From Mobula hypostoma (lineage: Eukaryota): a DNA stretch of 64,000 nucleotides. The notes below the pieces were generated by a model. That model saw only the letters and a list, made by a program, of their open reading frames with translations. It ran no database searches and had not been told where the DNA came from. Numbering within the stretch: the stretch's first letter is position 1; every line of letters begins with the position of its first letter. Below are positions 63,410 to 64,000 of the stretch, piece after piece. Made by a program: the position numbers and the translations under genes. The DNA lies in contig NC_086097.1 in assembly GCF_963921235.1 (NCBI RefSeq), positions 41,728,001 through 41,792,000 on the forward strand. The letters are read 5' to 3'.

Positions 63410-63660
63410 AAACACAGAGACACAAAAGCAGCAAATAATCTGCTGGAGGAACTCAGTGGGTTGATCAGCATCTCTGGGGGTAAAGAAATTACTGATATTT
63501 GGATTGAAACTCTACAACAAGACATAGACACACAGGAGACTGAAGATACTAGAATCAGGAGTGAAAAAAAAGCAAATGCTGGAGGACGTTAAGTCGACTG
63601 TTCCTTTCCCTCCACAGGTGCTGCCTGACCCCTGAGTTCCTCCAGCGGTTTGTTCCTCAT
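63410..63660. repeat. Older Penelope-like terminal repeat pieces (direct and inverted)
   Basis: TGCTGGAGGAACTCAG.., AATGCTGGAGGA.., GCTGCCTGACCCCTGAGTTCCTCCAGC. Confidence 0.6.
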
Positions 63661-63926
63661 CCAAGTCCTTACCCAACTTGCAATTGTTGCTGGTTTCTCT
63701 CGTAGTTTAGCCAGACTGCTCCAGTGGCTGATACACCATTCAGAGTTTCACCAGTGCTGAAGCCGACTTCTTTAAACAAACTCATGATTTTTGATTTTAA
63801 ATATATGCTGGAGATATTGGTCAACTCACTTGATCACATGTCCACATACAGTTTTAAGAGGGTTTTAAAGGCATCATAGGTTATGTCATAAATTTGCCCT
63901 GCAAAATTTTTGGAGTTCTTTTAGCA

Positions 63927-64000
63927 CAGGAGTTCTCAAACTTTTTTATGCTATGAACCCTGACCATTAACTGAGGGATCCGTGGATGCCAGGTTGGTTG
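63927..64000. mobile_element. Second copy of the hAT-type MITE, opposite orientation, runs off the window
   Basis: CAGGAGTTCTCAAACTTTTTTATGCTATGAACCC..ACCATTAAC is the reverse complement of the 4183-4262 body. Confidence 0.7.

Overview
Repeat-dominated, AT-rich vertebrate genomic DNA. The repeat repertoire (CR1, Rex1/Babar, L1, Penelope-like, Ty3/Gypsy, V-SINE-like, hAT MITE) suggests a cartilaginous fish, probably a ray; this is an inference. I could not identify a host protein-coding gene, and every long ORF is retroelement-derived. Main contents: (1) a near full-length CR1 at 33155-37487 and a young 5'-truncated CR1 with an intact 574-aa RT ORF at 46342-48066; (2) several multi-level nested insertions with recoverable target-site duplications; (3) two Penelope-like (GIY-YIG) elements plus about ten solo, tandem or inverted copies of their terminal repeat. 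That repeat carries a minimal type I hammerhead-ribozyme motif (CAGUC-CUGANGA-stem II-GAAACGUC-GACUG), and one subfamily shows a recurring non-canonical CUGCYGA core; (4) a structurally complete 2.0-kb LTR element encoding only Gag and protease (TR-GAG-like); (5) a decayed Gypsy pol with one LTR; (6) a 670-bp non-coding retroposon with a YY1-type 5' end and a LINE-like stem-loop tail. Boundaries of decayed repeats are approximate (tens of bp), and family names come from motif recognition, not database searches.
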